From assembly GCA_050301675.1 (NCBI GenBank), contig JBNKZP010000001.1:1-33353 (forward strand): DNA of 33,353 nucleotides. The letters run 5' to 3'. Origin of the DNA: Puniceicoccaceae bacterium (lineage in GTDB: Bacteria; Verrucomicrobiota; Verrucomicrobiia; Opitutales; Coraliomargaritaceae). Both the position numbers and the translations under genes were made by a program. Of the stretch, positions 20,037-29,711 are shown piece after piece (positions within the stretch are counted from its first letter, which is position 1; each line of letters starts with the position of its first letter). The notes under the pieces were generated by a model. The model was not told where the DNA came from and made no database searches. It saw nothing but the letters and a program-made list of their open reading frames with translations.

Positions 20037-20378
20037 ATGCATCAACTAAGCGGAACTGTAAAAGAAATCTTTGAAGAACAAGTCTTCGATAGCGGCTTTA
20101 ACAAGCGCGAATTCGTCATCACCGATGAAGCAGATAAGTATCCACAGGATATCAAATTTGAGTGCGTGAAAGAGAATGTCGAGATGGTCAACAAGCTGAG
20201 CAAAGGCGATCGCATAAAAGTAACTTTTGATATTCGCGGACGCGAGTGGCAAGGCAAGTACTTTGTCAATTTGGCAGCATGGAAAATTGAAGCTCTCGGA
20301 AGCAACGGCAGTAATGAGAATGAACCACCCCCCTTCGATCCGGCTGATGAAATTCTTGATGAGGAGCCTCCGTTCTAA
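20037..20378 (+). CDS. DUF3127 OB-fold protein
   Basis: GFNKREFVI...YPQDIKFE...[23 protein letters not shown], acidic tail ending DEEPPF. Confidence 0.85.
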   Translation: MHQLSGTVKEIFEEQVFDSGFNKREFVITDEADKYPQDIKFECVKENVEMVNKLSKGDRIKVTFDIRGREWQGKYFVNLAAWKIEALGSNGSNENEPPPFDPADEILDEEPPF

Positions 20379-20399
20379 ATCTGGCGAGTAGCTTCGACT

Positions 20400-21227
20400 T
20401 CAATGCCGCATATCCGGCAGCCGCTCACCGCACACTTTGCAGTAAACTGCATCATGCTCGTGATCGAGCCAGCCACATGAGGCACAGAGTTGATCTGCAG
20501 ATTCATCATCGGTAGTATCCTTTTTGGTTTGAGCCATTTCAGCAGTAACAATTGCTGTTGGTACAGCAATGATCCCATATCCAATAATCATTATGGCCGA
20601 AGCAACAAACTGTCCTAGAGGTGTTTGTGGTGAAATATCACCGTAGCCAACTGTTGTCAGTGTGACAATCGCCCAGTAAACTCCTTTAGGAATGCTGGTA
20701 AATCCACTTTCAGGACCTTCAATCATGTACATCAACGAACCAAGTATTAATACCAACATCAATACACCAAAAATGAATACAGCTATCTTCCGAGAAGCTG
20801 AATATAGCGTGTGCATTAGAAAATTGGCTTCACCAATATACTTAACAAGTTTCAGCACTCTGAAAATACGCAACACACGCAGTACTCGCAATAATGACAG
20901 ATAGTGTGTTCCCGGAAAAAGCAAATCTAGATAAGTCGGTAGTATTGACAGAAGATCAACCATTCCGAAAAAACTTCTCATATAGCGCAAGGGACGCAAG
21001 GAAACATAGATCCTCAAAATATATTCCAGTGTGAATATGATAGTGATGCACCATTCAACGAAGTAGAATACACGACTTATTCTCGGATTGAATGTAGGGA
21101 TGCTCTCTAAAACTACGGCACTTACGCTGATACAAATCGCAATAATCACTAAGAGATCAAATGCCTTCTCATCCCAGCGACTTGACTTGAAAATAATCCG
21201 TCGCCACTCATTTCGAAATCGACTCAT
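20400..21227 (-). CDS. Voltage-gated-type potassium channel (6TM ion transporter)
   Basis: S4 [14 protein letters not shown], filter TTVGYGD, C-terminal CxxC..CxxC. Confidence 0.93.
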   Translation of the reverse strand: MSRFRNEWRRIIFKSSRWDEKAFDLLVIIAICISVSAVVLESIPTFNPRISRVFYFVEWCITIIFTLEYILRIYVSLRPLRYMRSFFGMVDLLSILPTYLDLLFPGTHYLSLLRVLRVLRIFRVLKLVKYIGEANFLMHTLYSASRKIAVFIFGVLMLVLILGSLMYMIEGPESGFTSIPKGVYWAIVTLTTVGYGDISPQTPLGQFVASAIMIIGYGIIAVPTAIVTAEMAQTKKDTTDDESADQLCASCGWLDHEHDAVYCKVCGERLPDMRH

Positions 21228-21313
21228 TTTTTTAAGGATTGTTTTACAACAGCGATAAAAACATCAGTAAAAAAACGCTACGAGATCAAACCTTTTGACT
21301 CGATAAAATACTT

Positions 21314-22216
21314 TCAAACCTTTCCGAAGTTGGTATGATTTGTTGAAAACACGAGTGCATCCCCTGTGCTGCATTCCAGGGAGTCACGCAACTGCTCAGG
21401 ATTATAACCAGCTGCACGCAATTCTCGCAAACTCAAAGCTCCATGACGTTTAGCCAGACGTTTGCCGCTGGAATCACACACCAGAGGGACATGACAAAAC
21501 TGTGGTGGCCTAAATCCTAAAGCTTCGTAAATTAAAATTTGCCGAGCTGTTGAGAGCAGAAGGTCCTTTCCGCGAACCACTTCCGAAATCTGCATCGTCG
21601 CATCGTCGACGACAACAGCAAGCTCGTATGCCGGAAAGCCGTCTTTTCGCCAAATTAGAAAATCGCCAAAGTCGCGCTGGCAAACAAACGAGCAGAGACC
21701 TGCACCCTGATCATTAAACTCGATTGTTCGCTGATCTGGCACGCGAAAACGCCAGTTAGTACTACCGGGAGTCGTTGCAGTTTTCCCAGTTCCTTCAGGA
21801 GGGCGCAATTCTTTGGGATAGATTGGCTCACTGGTTTCGGAGTCTTTATGCGGCGCCTGAATCGCTTCGGCAACATCCTTGCGCGATTGATTGCACGGAT
21901 AAATGACCCCAGCTTCTTGCAATGCTTTCCAGGCATTCAGAAAAAAAGGCATACGCTTGCTCTGCTGATACGGCGCAAAAGAACCACCGATGTCCGGACC
22001 CTCGTCCCAGGAACATCCAAACCAGCGTAAATCTTCTATCGCTGCTTTAGTAAACTCAGGATTGCAACGAGCACTATCCAGATCTTCACACCTGTAGATC
22101 AATTCGCCGCCGGATTCCTGTGCACGTAACATTGCAATCCAGAAAGTACGCGCATGTCCTAAGTGCATGTAACCGGTCGGTGTTGGGGCAATACGTCCTC
22201 GGTAATTTGACTTCAT
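21314..22216 (-). CDS. gluQ: tRNA glutamyl-Q(34) synthetase
   Basis: RIAPTPTGYMHLGH, EDLD, YELAVVVDD, VVRGKDLL, RLAKR; about 300 aa with no anticodon-binding domain. Confidence 0.9.
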   Translation of the reverse strand: MKSNYRGRIAPTPTGYMHLGHARTFWIAMLRAQESGGELIYRCEDLDSARCNPEFTKAAIEDLRWFGCSWDEGPDIGGSFAPYQQSKRMPFFLNAWKALQEAGVIYPCNQSRKDVAEAIQAPHKDSETSEPIYPKELRPPEGTGKTATTPGSTNWRFRVPDQRTIEFNDQGAGLCSFVCQRDFGDFLIWRKDGFPAYELAVVVDDATMQISEVVRGKDLLLSTARQILIYEALGFRPPQFCHVPLVCDSSGKRLAKRHGALSLRELRAAGYNPEQLRDSLECSTGDALVFSTNHTNFGKV

Positions 22217-22356
22217 GAAGTATGAAATAAACTGTCGGATGATATCTGTACTGATAAAATACAATTTTCAATTTAATTATAGTAATTAAATGTTTGCATA
22301 TAAATCTAAGCAAATTTAAATACTAACAAAATACCAATGCTAACTGTTTAAAAATT

Positions 22357-23193
22357 ATGAAATATTGCTGCTTCAATCTTCGTTTCTTCGCTTTGCTATG
22401 TCTAAGTGCAGTAGTAGCCAATGCGGCTTCTCCTTTAGCCAATGTTAAAGTAATTAGCACAAAAGGAACGATTAGCTACGGTGCCCCGGGATCGGAAAAT
22501 ACGCCATTGATCGAAAATACTATTCTGTCGGAAGGTGATAGCATCATTACAGGTAGTAGCGGTGTCGCGCACCTTGTTTTCTCAAACGGCGCCGGACTGA
22601 TTATTGAAGAGAGTACCAACCTGGTACTTTCAAAACTCAAACAAAAACCCTATTGGAAAGATAATCCTGAAGAATACCCGGAGGAAGAAATCAGCAATTC
22701 TACAACCGAATTAGAACTGAAGTACGGTAATTTGAAAGGAAATGTAAAAGGGTTGCGTCAGGATTCGGAATTTCGAATCAAAACTAAACTGGGCGATGTG
22801 CTGGTTTCGGGAAATAGCTTTTTTGTTGGACTCTATTATGATTCAATTCGCCAAGAATTCGTGTTCGATGTAAAGAATATCGATGGTAAGGTTGATCTCG
22901 TCACAAAATTTTCGGGACCTATAGAGTTAGCACGTAACGGTACTGTGAAGAAGTCTTACGATCCCGAAGCAGATGCTTTGAAATTAGTGCGTATTCCACC
23001 TGGGCAAGCTTTTTCGGTTCAGAAATCTAGTCTTAGCCCTGAGTTTAGAAATTACGTAAATCAATTTCCCAAAGATACCACGTCCAGGTTCGCCTCAGAC
23101 GATAGGGCCACAAATCCTTACCCCAACGATCAAGAGGTAATGGTTGTTAGCCCTAATGGCACAGAAGGTACTGAACTTACAAGCAATCAATAA
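22357..23193 (+). CDS. Secreted FecR-domain-like protein
   Basis: Signal peptide, LSEGDSIITG..G.AHLVFSNG, LELKYGNLKGNVK, FRIKTKLG.V.V.G. Confidence 0.7.
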   Translation: MKYCCFNLRFFALLCLSAVVANAASPLANVKVISTKGTISYGAPGSENTPLIENTILSEGDSIITGSSGVAHLVFSNGAGLIIEESTNLVLSKLKQKPYWKDNPEEYPEEEISNSTTELELKYGNLKGNVKGLRQDSEFRIKTKLGDVLVSGNSFFVGLYYDSIRQEFVFDVKNIDGKVDLVTKFSGPIELARNGTVKKSYDPEADALKLVRIPPGQAFSVQKSSLSPEFRNYVNQFPKDTTSRFASDDRATNPYPNDQEVMVVSPNGTEGTELTSNQ

Positions 23194-23320
23194 GGCGGTT
23201 ACTTCAGTCGAATTTGGTACTGCAAATGTCCCGATCAATTAATTGAAATCGAATATCTCTTGGGCAAACAGTTAACCGGCGCTGATAAAGACAGTTGCGG
23301 CGAAGAGTTTCTTTTCGATA

Positions 23321-24448
23321 ATGTTTCGCATTCATCTTTCCCCGCCGGACATTCGAGCGGAAGATTATGCTGCACTAGACAGAGTACTAGCCTCAAACTG
23401 GGTTGCGCCCACGGGTCCGCATCTCGAGTGCTTTGAAGAGACTTTAGCACGGCAAGTTGGCCGCAAGTACGCACTGGCGGTTAACTCTGGTACAGCAGCT
23501 TTGCATTTGGCTCTAAAATCGCTCGATATTCGACCCGGCGATAGCGTTATTTGCCCGACATTTACCTTCGCTGCCAGTGCAAATCCAATCTGCTACTGTG
23601 GAGCCAAGCCTATCTTCATCGATAGTGAGTCGAATACGTGGAATATGGATCCGGAACTCTTGCATTCAGCGCTGGAAAAATGTGCTGCTGCAGGAAACTT
23701 ACCCAAAGCTGTCATTATTGTTCATCTTTATGGGCAATGTGCAGACATGGATCCTATTGAAAAAATCTGTCGGCATTATGAAATACCTGTAATCGAGGAT
23801 GCTGCTGAAGCGCTGGGAGCGCACTATAAAGGCAGACCCGCAGGTGGGATGGGAGCGCTTTCGTTTTTTTCATTTAATGGAAATAAGATCATAACAACTT
23901 CCGGCGGTGGGATGCTGCTAACTAACAAAGTAGCCTGTATTGAGCGAGCCCGTTACCTGGCAAATCAAGCCAGAGGATCAACACTGCACTACGAACATGA
24001 TGAAGTCGGGTACAATTACCGGTTGAGTAACGTGCTTGCCGCGCTAGGCTTAAGTCAGCTTGCGGATCTCAAACGGCGCATCAGACTACGCCGCGAGAAT
24101 TTCGAATTTTATCGCAAGATGCTTTCTGATTTGCCGGGCATAACATTTATGCCAGTCAACGACCCTGATTCAGTAAATTACTGGCTCACATGCTTCACCG
24201 TAGACAATGTGGTCAGTGGCACGTCGCGTGACCAGATTATCCAGGCGCTTGCAAACAAGGATATTGAAGCACGACCCTTATGGAAACCATTGCACCTGCA
24301 ACCAGCTTTTAAAGAGTTTACCATCTTCGGCGGAAAGCTCGCCGAAAGTCTTTTTGAAAATGGCCTTTGCCTGCCTAGCGGGTCATCTATGAAACCAGAG
24401 GATCGTGCCAGAGTCGTAGAAATTATATACTCGTGTTTTCCACGATAA
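23321..24448 (+). CDS. DegT/DnrJ/EryC1/StrS aminotransferase (PglE/EpsN-like)
   Basis: NSGTAALHLAL, IEDAAEALG, FSFNGNKIITTSGGG (PLP lysine), GYNYRLSN. Confidence 0.93.
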   Translation: MFRIHLSPPDIRAEDYAALDRVLASNWVAPTGPHLECFEETLARQVGRKYALAVNSGTAALHLALKSLDIRPGDSVICPTFTFAASANPICYCGAKPIFIDSESNTWNMDPELLHSALEKCAAAGNLPKAVIIVHLYGQCADMDPIEKICRHYEIPVIEDAAEALGAHYKGRPAGGMGALSFFSFNGNKIITTSGGGMLLTNKVACIERARYLANQARGSTLHYEHDEVGYNYRLSNVLAALGLSQLADLKRRIRLRRENFEFYRKMLSDLPGITFMPVNDPDSVNYWLTCFTVDNVVSGTSRDQIIQALANKDIEARPLWKPLHLQPAFKEFTIFGGKLAESLFENGLCLPSGSSMKPEDRARVVEIIYSCFPR

Positions 24449-24472
24449 CCATTAGCAAACAAAACAGCCCCA

Positions 24473-26374
24473 ATGAACATTCGCAGCCTATTGAGCTATT
24501 TCACGTTCCGTACACTGGGATTACTACTGTTGTACGGTCTGCTGTGTGGAATTAGCTACTTCTTGGCATTTCAATTGAGATTTGATTTTAACGTGCCGGA
24601 ACGGTTCTCCGCGGATATGATGCAAACGATTGGTTGGATTGTTGGGCTGCAACTAACTTTACTGTTAGCTTTTGGACAAGTCGATTGCTTACTCGCTTAC
24701 TTTCGTCTGTCAGATGCCATACAGCTTTTTATCAGTCTGTTTATCGTCAGTATTTTTTTAACTGCTCTTTGGTATTTCTATGATGGTGCAGGGATGCCAC
24801 CACGAGCAGTAATTTTGACTGATTTTCTGCTTTGTTTTCTCTTGCTTGCCGGATTTCGAATTTCGATGCGTCTCAGAGCCAGCAGCAGTCTGAAAGACTG
24901 GTTGCACAAAGATACGATTAATAATGTAATCATTGTTGGTGCAGGTGAAGTCGGAGCTGGAATTTGTTCTGAACTGAAAAATAAAGCACGTTTCGGAATG
25001 CGCCCTGTTGCTTTACTTGACGATGATAAAAACAAAATAGGTCGTTTCGTACATGGCGTTCCGGTAGTTGGTTCTGTTGATCAACTAGCTACTGTGGCCC
25101 GACGCTATGCAGCCAAAAAGATAATTATTGCCTTTCCTTCGGCGCCTGTTCGCCGGATGCGTGAAATTGTTGAAATGGCGCGGGCAACACAGCTTCCCGT
25201 AGAAAGTGTACCCGCGATGACAGACCTGGTAAGCGGGCGGGCGAAGATCACGCAGTTGCACCCAATTGAAATGAAAGACCTGCTGAGGCGTGAAATAGTC
25301 AATTTGAACTCGGGACAGATTCATTCCATGCTCTCGGGAAAACGTATACTGATAACGGGCGCCGGAGGTAGTATCGGATGCGAACTGGTTACGCAAATTC
25401 TAGAGTATACACCTGACGCTTTGCTCTGCATCGACCGGGCAGAAATTGCTATTTTTAACTTACAACAGGAAATTCTGCAAACACACGATACCAGAGGTGT
25501 CGTGCAAACACTTGTTATGGACATCTGTCAAAGCGAAAAGCTGGAGACTGTCTTCACTCGCTTTAAACCCGAAATCATCTTTCATGCGGCAGCTCACAAG
25601 CACGTAAATCTGATGGAATCTCAGCCAGCAGAAGCATTGCGCAATAATTTTTTTGGAACTGTCCAACTGGCACGTCTGGCAAGTAAATTCGAAGTCGGGC
25701 GCTTTATACTGATTTCAACCGACAAAGCAATTAATCCAAGTAGTGTAATGGGCGCCAGTAAGCGACTAGCCGAATTGGCTTTAATAGAACAGCAACAAAT
25801 ACCCGAAAATCAAACTCTTTTTATGGCGGTGCGGTTTGGCAACGTTCTGGGATCTTCCGGAAGTGTAGTTCAGATTTTTAAGCGACAAATTGCAGAAGGC
25901 GGTCCCCTTACCGTTACAGATTCCGAAGCGACACGCTTTTTCATGACCGATCGCGAAGCGGTTGGACTAGTGCTTCAGAGTGCGACTCAAGGGGAGGGGG
26001 GTGAGATTTTTGTCTTGGATATGGGAAGACCTGTAAAGATCATTGATGTCGCCCGACAAATGATAGCACTTAGCGGCTACAGAGAAGGCGAAGATATTGA
26101 AATTAAAATTACTGGCCTAAAGCCAGGTGAAAAATTACATGAAGAAGTACAACATCTTGGCGAGACCTTAAAGACGACAAATCATCCACAGGTCATGCGT
26201 TTTGTCGCGAGAAATGACACCATTGCCTCAATCGAATCGATTTGCGCAGATTTAAATGCCGCCCTTGCGTCCAGTGATACTATTTTTATCAAAAAGAAGA
26301 TTCAAAAGTACGTTCACGAATATACACCCCATCTGAATTGTAACAATATAGTCTTAAGTCCGAAAGGCTGCTAG
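24473..26374 (+). CDS. Membrane-bound UDP-GlcNAc 4,6-dehydratase (PglF/CapD/WbpM-like)
   Basis: N-terminal TM helices, GAGEVG, TGAGGSIG, HAAAHKHV, STDKA, MGASKR, RFGNVLGSSGSV, GEKLHEE. Confidence 0.93.
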   Translation: MNIRSLLSYFTFRTLGLLLLYGLLCGISYFLAFQLRFDFNVPERFSADMMQTIGWIVGLQLTLLLAFGQVDCLLAYFRLSDAIQLFISLFIVSIFLTALWYFYDGAGMPPRAVILTDFLLCFLLLAGFRISMRLRASSSLKDWLHKDTINNVIIVGAGEVGAGICSELKNKARFGMRPVALLDDDKNKIGRFVHGVPVVGSVDQLATVARRYAAKKIIIAFPSAPVRRMREIVEMARATQLPVESVPAMTDLVSGRAKITQLHPIEMKDLLRREIVNLNSGQIHSMLSGKRILITGAGGSIGCELVTQILEYTPDALLCIDRAEIAIFNLQQEILQTHDTRGVVQTLVMDICQSEKLETVFTRFKPEIIFHAAAHKHVNLMESQPAEALRNNFFGTVQLARLASKFEVGRFILISTDKAINPSSVMGASKRLAELALIEQQQIPENQTLFMAVRFGNVLGSSGSVVQIFKRQIAEGGPLTVTDSEATRFFMTDREAVGLVLQSATQGEGGEIFVLDMGRPVKIIDVARQMIALSGYREGEDIEIKITGLKPGEKLHEEVQHLGETLKTTNHPQVMRFVARNDTIASIESICADLNAALASSDTIFIKKKIQKYVHEYTPHLNCNNIVLSPKGC

Positions 26375-26378
26375 AAAA

Positions 26379-26407
26379 TTGACATTATCTGTGTGATTAC
26401 AAAGAAT
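26379..26407 (+). promoter_or_regulatory. Putative sigma70 promoter for the metal ABC operon
   Basis: TTGACA-N17-AAGAAT. Confidence 0.4.
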
Positions 26408-26520
26408 CCTGGAATTGAAAATATTAAACGAAATGATTTACGATGCAGATCAGCAATTGATTCGCGTCTGCTGTTTGCCCGGTTAAGTTATCAGGATGTT
26501 TTTCGATTCTTAATTTTGAG

Positions 26521-27330
26521 ATGGATACTTTACCGAAATACTTTGACCAAACATTGGGAGAGCCTGCTAAGGCAAAATCGCTGCCTTTGGTCGTTCAGGA
26601 TTTAACGGTGGCTTACCACCGCAAGCCAGTGGTTTGGGATGTGGATTTGGAAATACCCGAAGGCAAACTGGTCTGTATCGTCGGCCCTAACGGCGCTGGT
26701 AAAAGTACGTTGATCAAAGCGTGTCTAAATCTGATTCCACGTACTTCCGGCAAGATATTGATGTATGGTTCAACTTACGAAAAAGCCCGCAAGCGTATAG
26801 GCTATGTGCCGCAGCGGGAGAGTGTTGACTGGGATTTTCCGGTAAGCGCATTAGATGTCGTCGCCATGGGTACCTACGGGAAGCTGGGCTGGTTCCGTCG
26901 CGTGAACAAACGTTCTAAGGCGCTGGCAATGCAGGCTTTAGATCGGGTCGGTCTTGCAGAATATGCGGATCGCCAGATCAGCCAACTTTCGGGGGGACAG
27001 CAACAGCGTACCTTTCTTGCGCGTGCTTTGGTTCAGGATGCAGATATTTATTTCATGGACGAACCGTTTGCTGCTGTGGATGCAGCTACAGAGCGTGCCA
27101 TTGTCGAGTTGTTGAAGGAGTTGCAGCAGCGTGGCAAAACTTGCCTGGTCGTACATCACGATTTGGCGACCGTTTCTCAGTATTTTGACTGGACAGTGCT
27201 CTTGAATATGCGAGTGGTTGCTGCAGGGCCAACTGATAAAGTCTTTAATCCGGAAAACTTGCACAAGGCTTACGGCGGCAAGCTTTCCTTATTCAGTGAG
27301 GCTGCTGATAAGCTGGCCCAATCGCTTTAA
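26521..27330 (+). CDS. Mn/Fe/Zn ABC transporter ATP-binding protein (TroB/MntB-like)
   Basis: GPNGAGKST, YVPQRESVDWDFP, LSGGQQQR, MDEPF, HHDL. Confidence 0.95.
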   Translation: MDTLPKYFDQTLGEPAKAKSLPLVVQDLTVAYHRKPVVWDVDLEIPEGKLVCIVGPNGAGKSTLIKACLNLIPRTSGKILMYGSTYEKARKRIGYVPQRESVDWDFPVSALDVVAMGTYGKLGWFRRVNKRSKALAMQALDRVGLAEYADRQISQLSGGQQQRTFLARALVQDADIYFMDEPFAAVDAATERAIVELLKELQQRGKTCLVVHHDLATVSQYFDWTVLLNMRVVAAGPTDKVFNPENLHKAYGGKLSLFSEAADKLAQSL

Positions 27331-27360
27331 ATATCAATTCTGGTTGATGGGATTGTTACA

Positions 27361-28716
27361 GTGTCTGAATTGTTGGAAATATTTGATGTGCTGCTGTTGC
27401 GAAATTATAATACGCGACTCGTTGTGGCTTGTACCTTTTTGCTGGGAAGCGCTTGTGGGCTGATGGGGAGTTTTTTGTTGTTGCGTAAACGTTCGTTGAT
27501 GGGTGATACGCTGTCACACGCAACTTTGCCAGGTGTCTGCATGGCTTTTTTTCTAGGTATTGCAATGGGTGGTGATGGCAAGTCGCTGCCTTTGTTGCTG
27601 ATGGGCGCGAGTGTAACAGGTATTCTTGGGTGTATTATAGTGTTATTTATCCGCAATCATTCGAGGGTTAAAGACGATACTGCAATGGGCATCGTGCTAA
27701 GCGTTTTTTTTGGACTGGGCGTTGTACTGTTGACGATAATTACAAAACTGCCACAAGGTGCAGCGGCAGGACTGGAGTCCTTCATTTATGGGAAGACTGC
27801 ATCAATGGTGTACAGTGATTTTAAACTACTGGTAACCGTAACTGTGTGTGTGCTGTTAATCACGATTTTGTTGTTCAAGGAGTTTCGGTTACTTTGCTTT
27901 GATGAGGCTTATGCGGCTGCCCAGGGGTGGCCGACAAAGTGGCTTGATATGTTATTTGTGGCTTTGGTGACAACGGTAACAGTAGCGGGCTTGCAGTCGG
28001 TCGGACTTATTTTGATCATTGCGTTTTTAATCATCCCCGCGGCGTCTGCCAGATTTTGGACCGATCATTTAAACCGGATGCTCATGGGTTCTGCATTGAT
28101 TGGTGGAGTTAGTGGCTGGGTGGGTGCCAGTGTCTCTGCTTTGATCCCGGATATGCCTGCGGGCGCGTTGATTGTTCTGGTGGCAGCAGGTTTCTTTGTG
28201 TTCAGTCTTTTGTTTGGGACTCAACGAGGTGTGTTGATTGGTTGGTTTCGCCAACTGAGTTTAAAGCGTAATATCGGGCGCCAGCATTTGCTGCGGGCAT
28301 TGTATGAAATACTGGAAGCAGATCATATCGGTAGTGATGAGGTCGTTATAAGGCCTGTGCCGTTCCGTCAGATCCGGGGACGACGTACCTGGAGTGACAA
28401 ACAACTGCGCGCATATTTACGACGAGCTTATCAAGATGGACTTATTGATACAGTTGCAAAAGAAGATGCGATCTTACTGACGGAGGCAGGTCTGGAAGCC
28501 GCCGCACGGGTGACGCGTAACCATCGTCTTTGGGAATTGTACCTGATCGAATATGCGGATGTTGCTGCCAGCCGGGTCGACCGCGACGCCGATGCTGTAG
28601 AGCATATACTCGGTGAAAAACTGGTTGCATTGCTTGAAGCAAAGTTGATTAAATTACACACCGCGAAGGGACTTTCCGTTCCCGCAAGCCCGCATCCGAT
28701 CACTCCGGGAGACTGA
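27361..28716 (+). CDS. Metal ABC permease fused to a C-terminal DtxR/MntR-like domain (YtgCR-like)
   Basis: ABC-3 permease (SLMGDTLSHATLPG) for about 300 aa, then RQHLLRALYE...LTEAGLEAAARVTRNHRLWELYL...VDRDADAVEHIL. Confidence 0.9.
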   Translation: MSELLEIFDVLLLRNYNTRLVVACTFLLGSACGLMGSFLLLRKRSLMGDTLSHATLPGVCMAFFLGIAMGGDGKSLPLLLMGASVTGILGCIIVLFIRNHSRVKDDTAMGIVLSVFFGLGVVLLTIITKLPQGAAAGLESFIYGKTASMVYSDFKLLVTVTVCVLLITILLFKEFRLLCFDEAYAAAQGWPTKWLDMLFVALVTTVTVAGLQSVGLILIIAFLIIPAASARFWTDHLNRMLMGSALIGGVSGWVGASVSALIPDMPAGALIVLVAAGFFVFSLLFGTQRGVLIGWFRQLSLKRNIGRQHLLRALYEILEADHIGSDEVVIRPVPFRQIRGRRTWSDKQLRAYLRRAYQDGLIDTVAKEDAILLTEAGLEAAARVTRNHRLWELYLIEYADVAASRVDRDADAVEHILGEKLVALLEAKLIKLHTAKGLSVPASPHPITPGD

Positions 28717-28719
28717 AAA

Positions 28720-29658
28720 ATGAGCTGGTATGCAATTGATACGTGGATCGTAATTGTTGGAGTGCTGACTGCAGTTTCCTGTGCATTGCTAGGCAACTTT
28801 CTGGTATTGCGGAGAATGAGCATGATGGGTGATGCGATTAGCCATGCAGTACTGCCGGGCCTGGCAATTGCATTTCTGATTACAGGTACCCGCACGAGTC
28901 TGGCCATGTTTTTCGGCGCTGCAGTAGTCGGTGTATTAACTGCAGTGTTTACCCAGTGGATCAGCCGTTTTGGTAAAGTCGACCAGGGAGCTTCGATGGG
29001 AATCGTTTTTACTACTTTGTTTGCGCTCGGTCTGGTGTTGATTGTGCAGGCGGCAGATCATGTTGATCTGGATGCAAGTTGTGTTTTGTATGGAGCAATT
29101 GAGTTGACGCCACTGGATGTTGTCTGGCGCACAAAATTTTTTGGTATGGTGATAGATCTCCCGCGTGCAGCTGTCGTGCTTGCTCCAGTCTGCCTCATGA
29201 ATGCACTGTTTGTTGTTTTGTTTTTCAAAGAATTGCGTATTTCATCCTTTGACCCGGAGCTAGCTTCGACGATGGGAATCAATGCCAATTGGATGCATTA
29301 TCTGCTAATGACTCTGGTTGCCATTACGACAGTTGCGGCGTTTGAAGCAGTGGGCAGTATTATAGTGATTGCAATGCTTGTTGTGCCTGCCGCTACAGCT
29401 CATTTGCTTACGGATCGTTTGCATTGGATGGTGTTATTAAGTGTAGCATTGGCTGCAGCGACCGCAATCTTTGGACATATCTTTGCGATTTTGCTACCGG
29501 GCTGGATTGGGTTAAACTCAAGCCTGATTGATGCGACTTCGACTTCCGGGATGATGGCGGTAACGTCCGGATTGATCTTTGCAGTTACACTTTTCCTGGC
29601 GCCAAAGTATGGAATCTTGGCCAGGTTCAAAGTTCAAAGTTCAAAGTTCGAATTTTAA
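28720..29658 (+). CDS. Metal ABC transporter permease (TroD/MntD-like)
   Basis: RRMSMMGDAISHAVLPG, SFDPELA, AFEAVGSI. Confidence 0.93.
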   Translation: MSWYAIDTWIVIVGVLTAVSCALLGNFLVLRRMSMMGDAISHAVLPGLAIAFLITGTRTSLAMFFGAAVVGVLTAVFTQWISRFGKVDQGASMGIVFTTLFALGLVLIVQAADHVDLDASCVLYGAIELTPLDVVWRTKFFGMVIDLPRAAVVLAPVCLMNALFVVLFFKELRISSFDPELASTMGINANWMHYLLMTLVAITTVAAFEAVGSIIVIAMLVVPAATAHLLTDRLHWMVLLSVALAAATAIFGHIFAILLPGWIGLNSSLIDATSTSGMMAVTSGLIFAVTLFLAPKYGILARFKVQSSKFEF

Positions 29659-29663
29659 AGTTC
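29622..29663 (+). repeat. AAAGTTC heptamer tandem repeat
   Basis: CAGGTTC AAAGTTC AAAGTTC AAAGTTC GAATTTT AAAGTTC. Confidence 0.8.
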
Positions 29664-29711
29664 CTTCCAACTCTGCTGAGTTGGGATCTATTGGCCTGTT
29701 GCGCGATTTTT

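Noticed and set aside
23235-23246. Palindrome TCAATTAATTGA
   Set aside because: Short, AT-rich and single-copy; plausible by chance.
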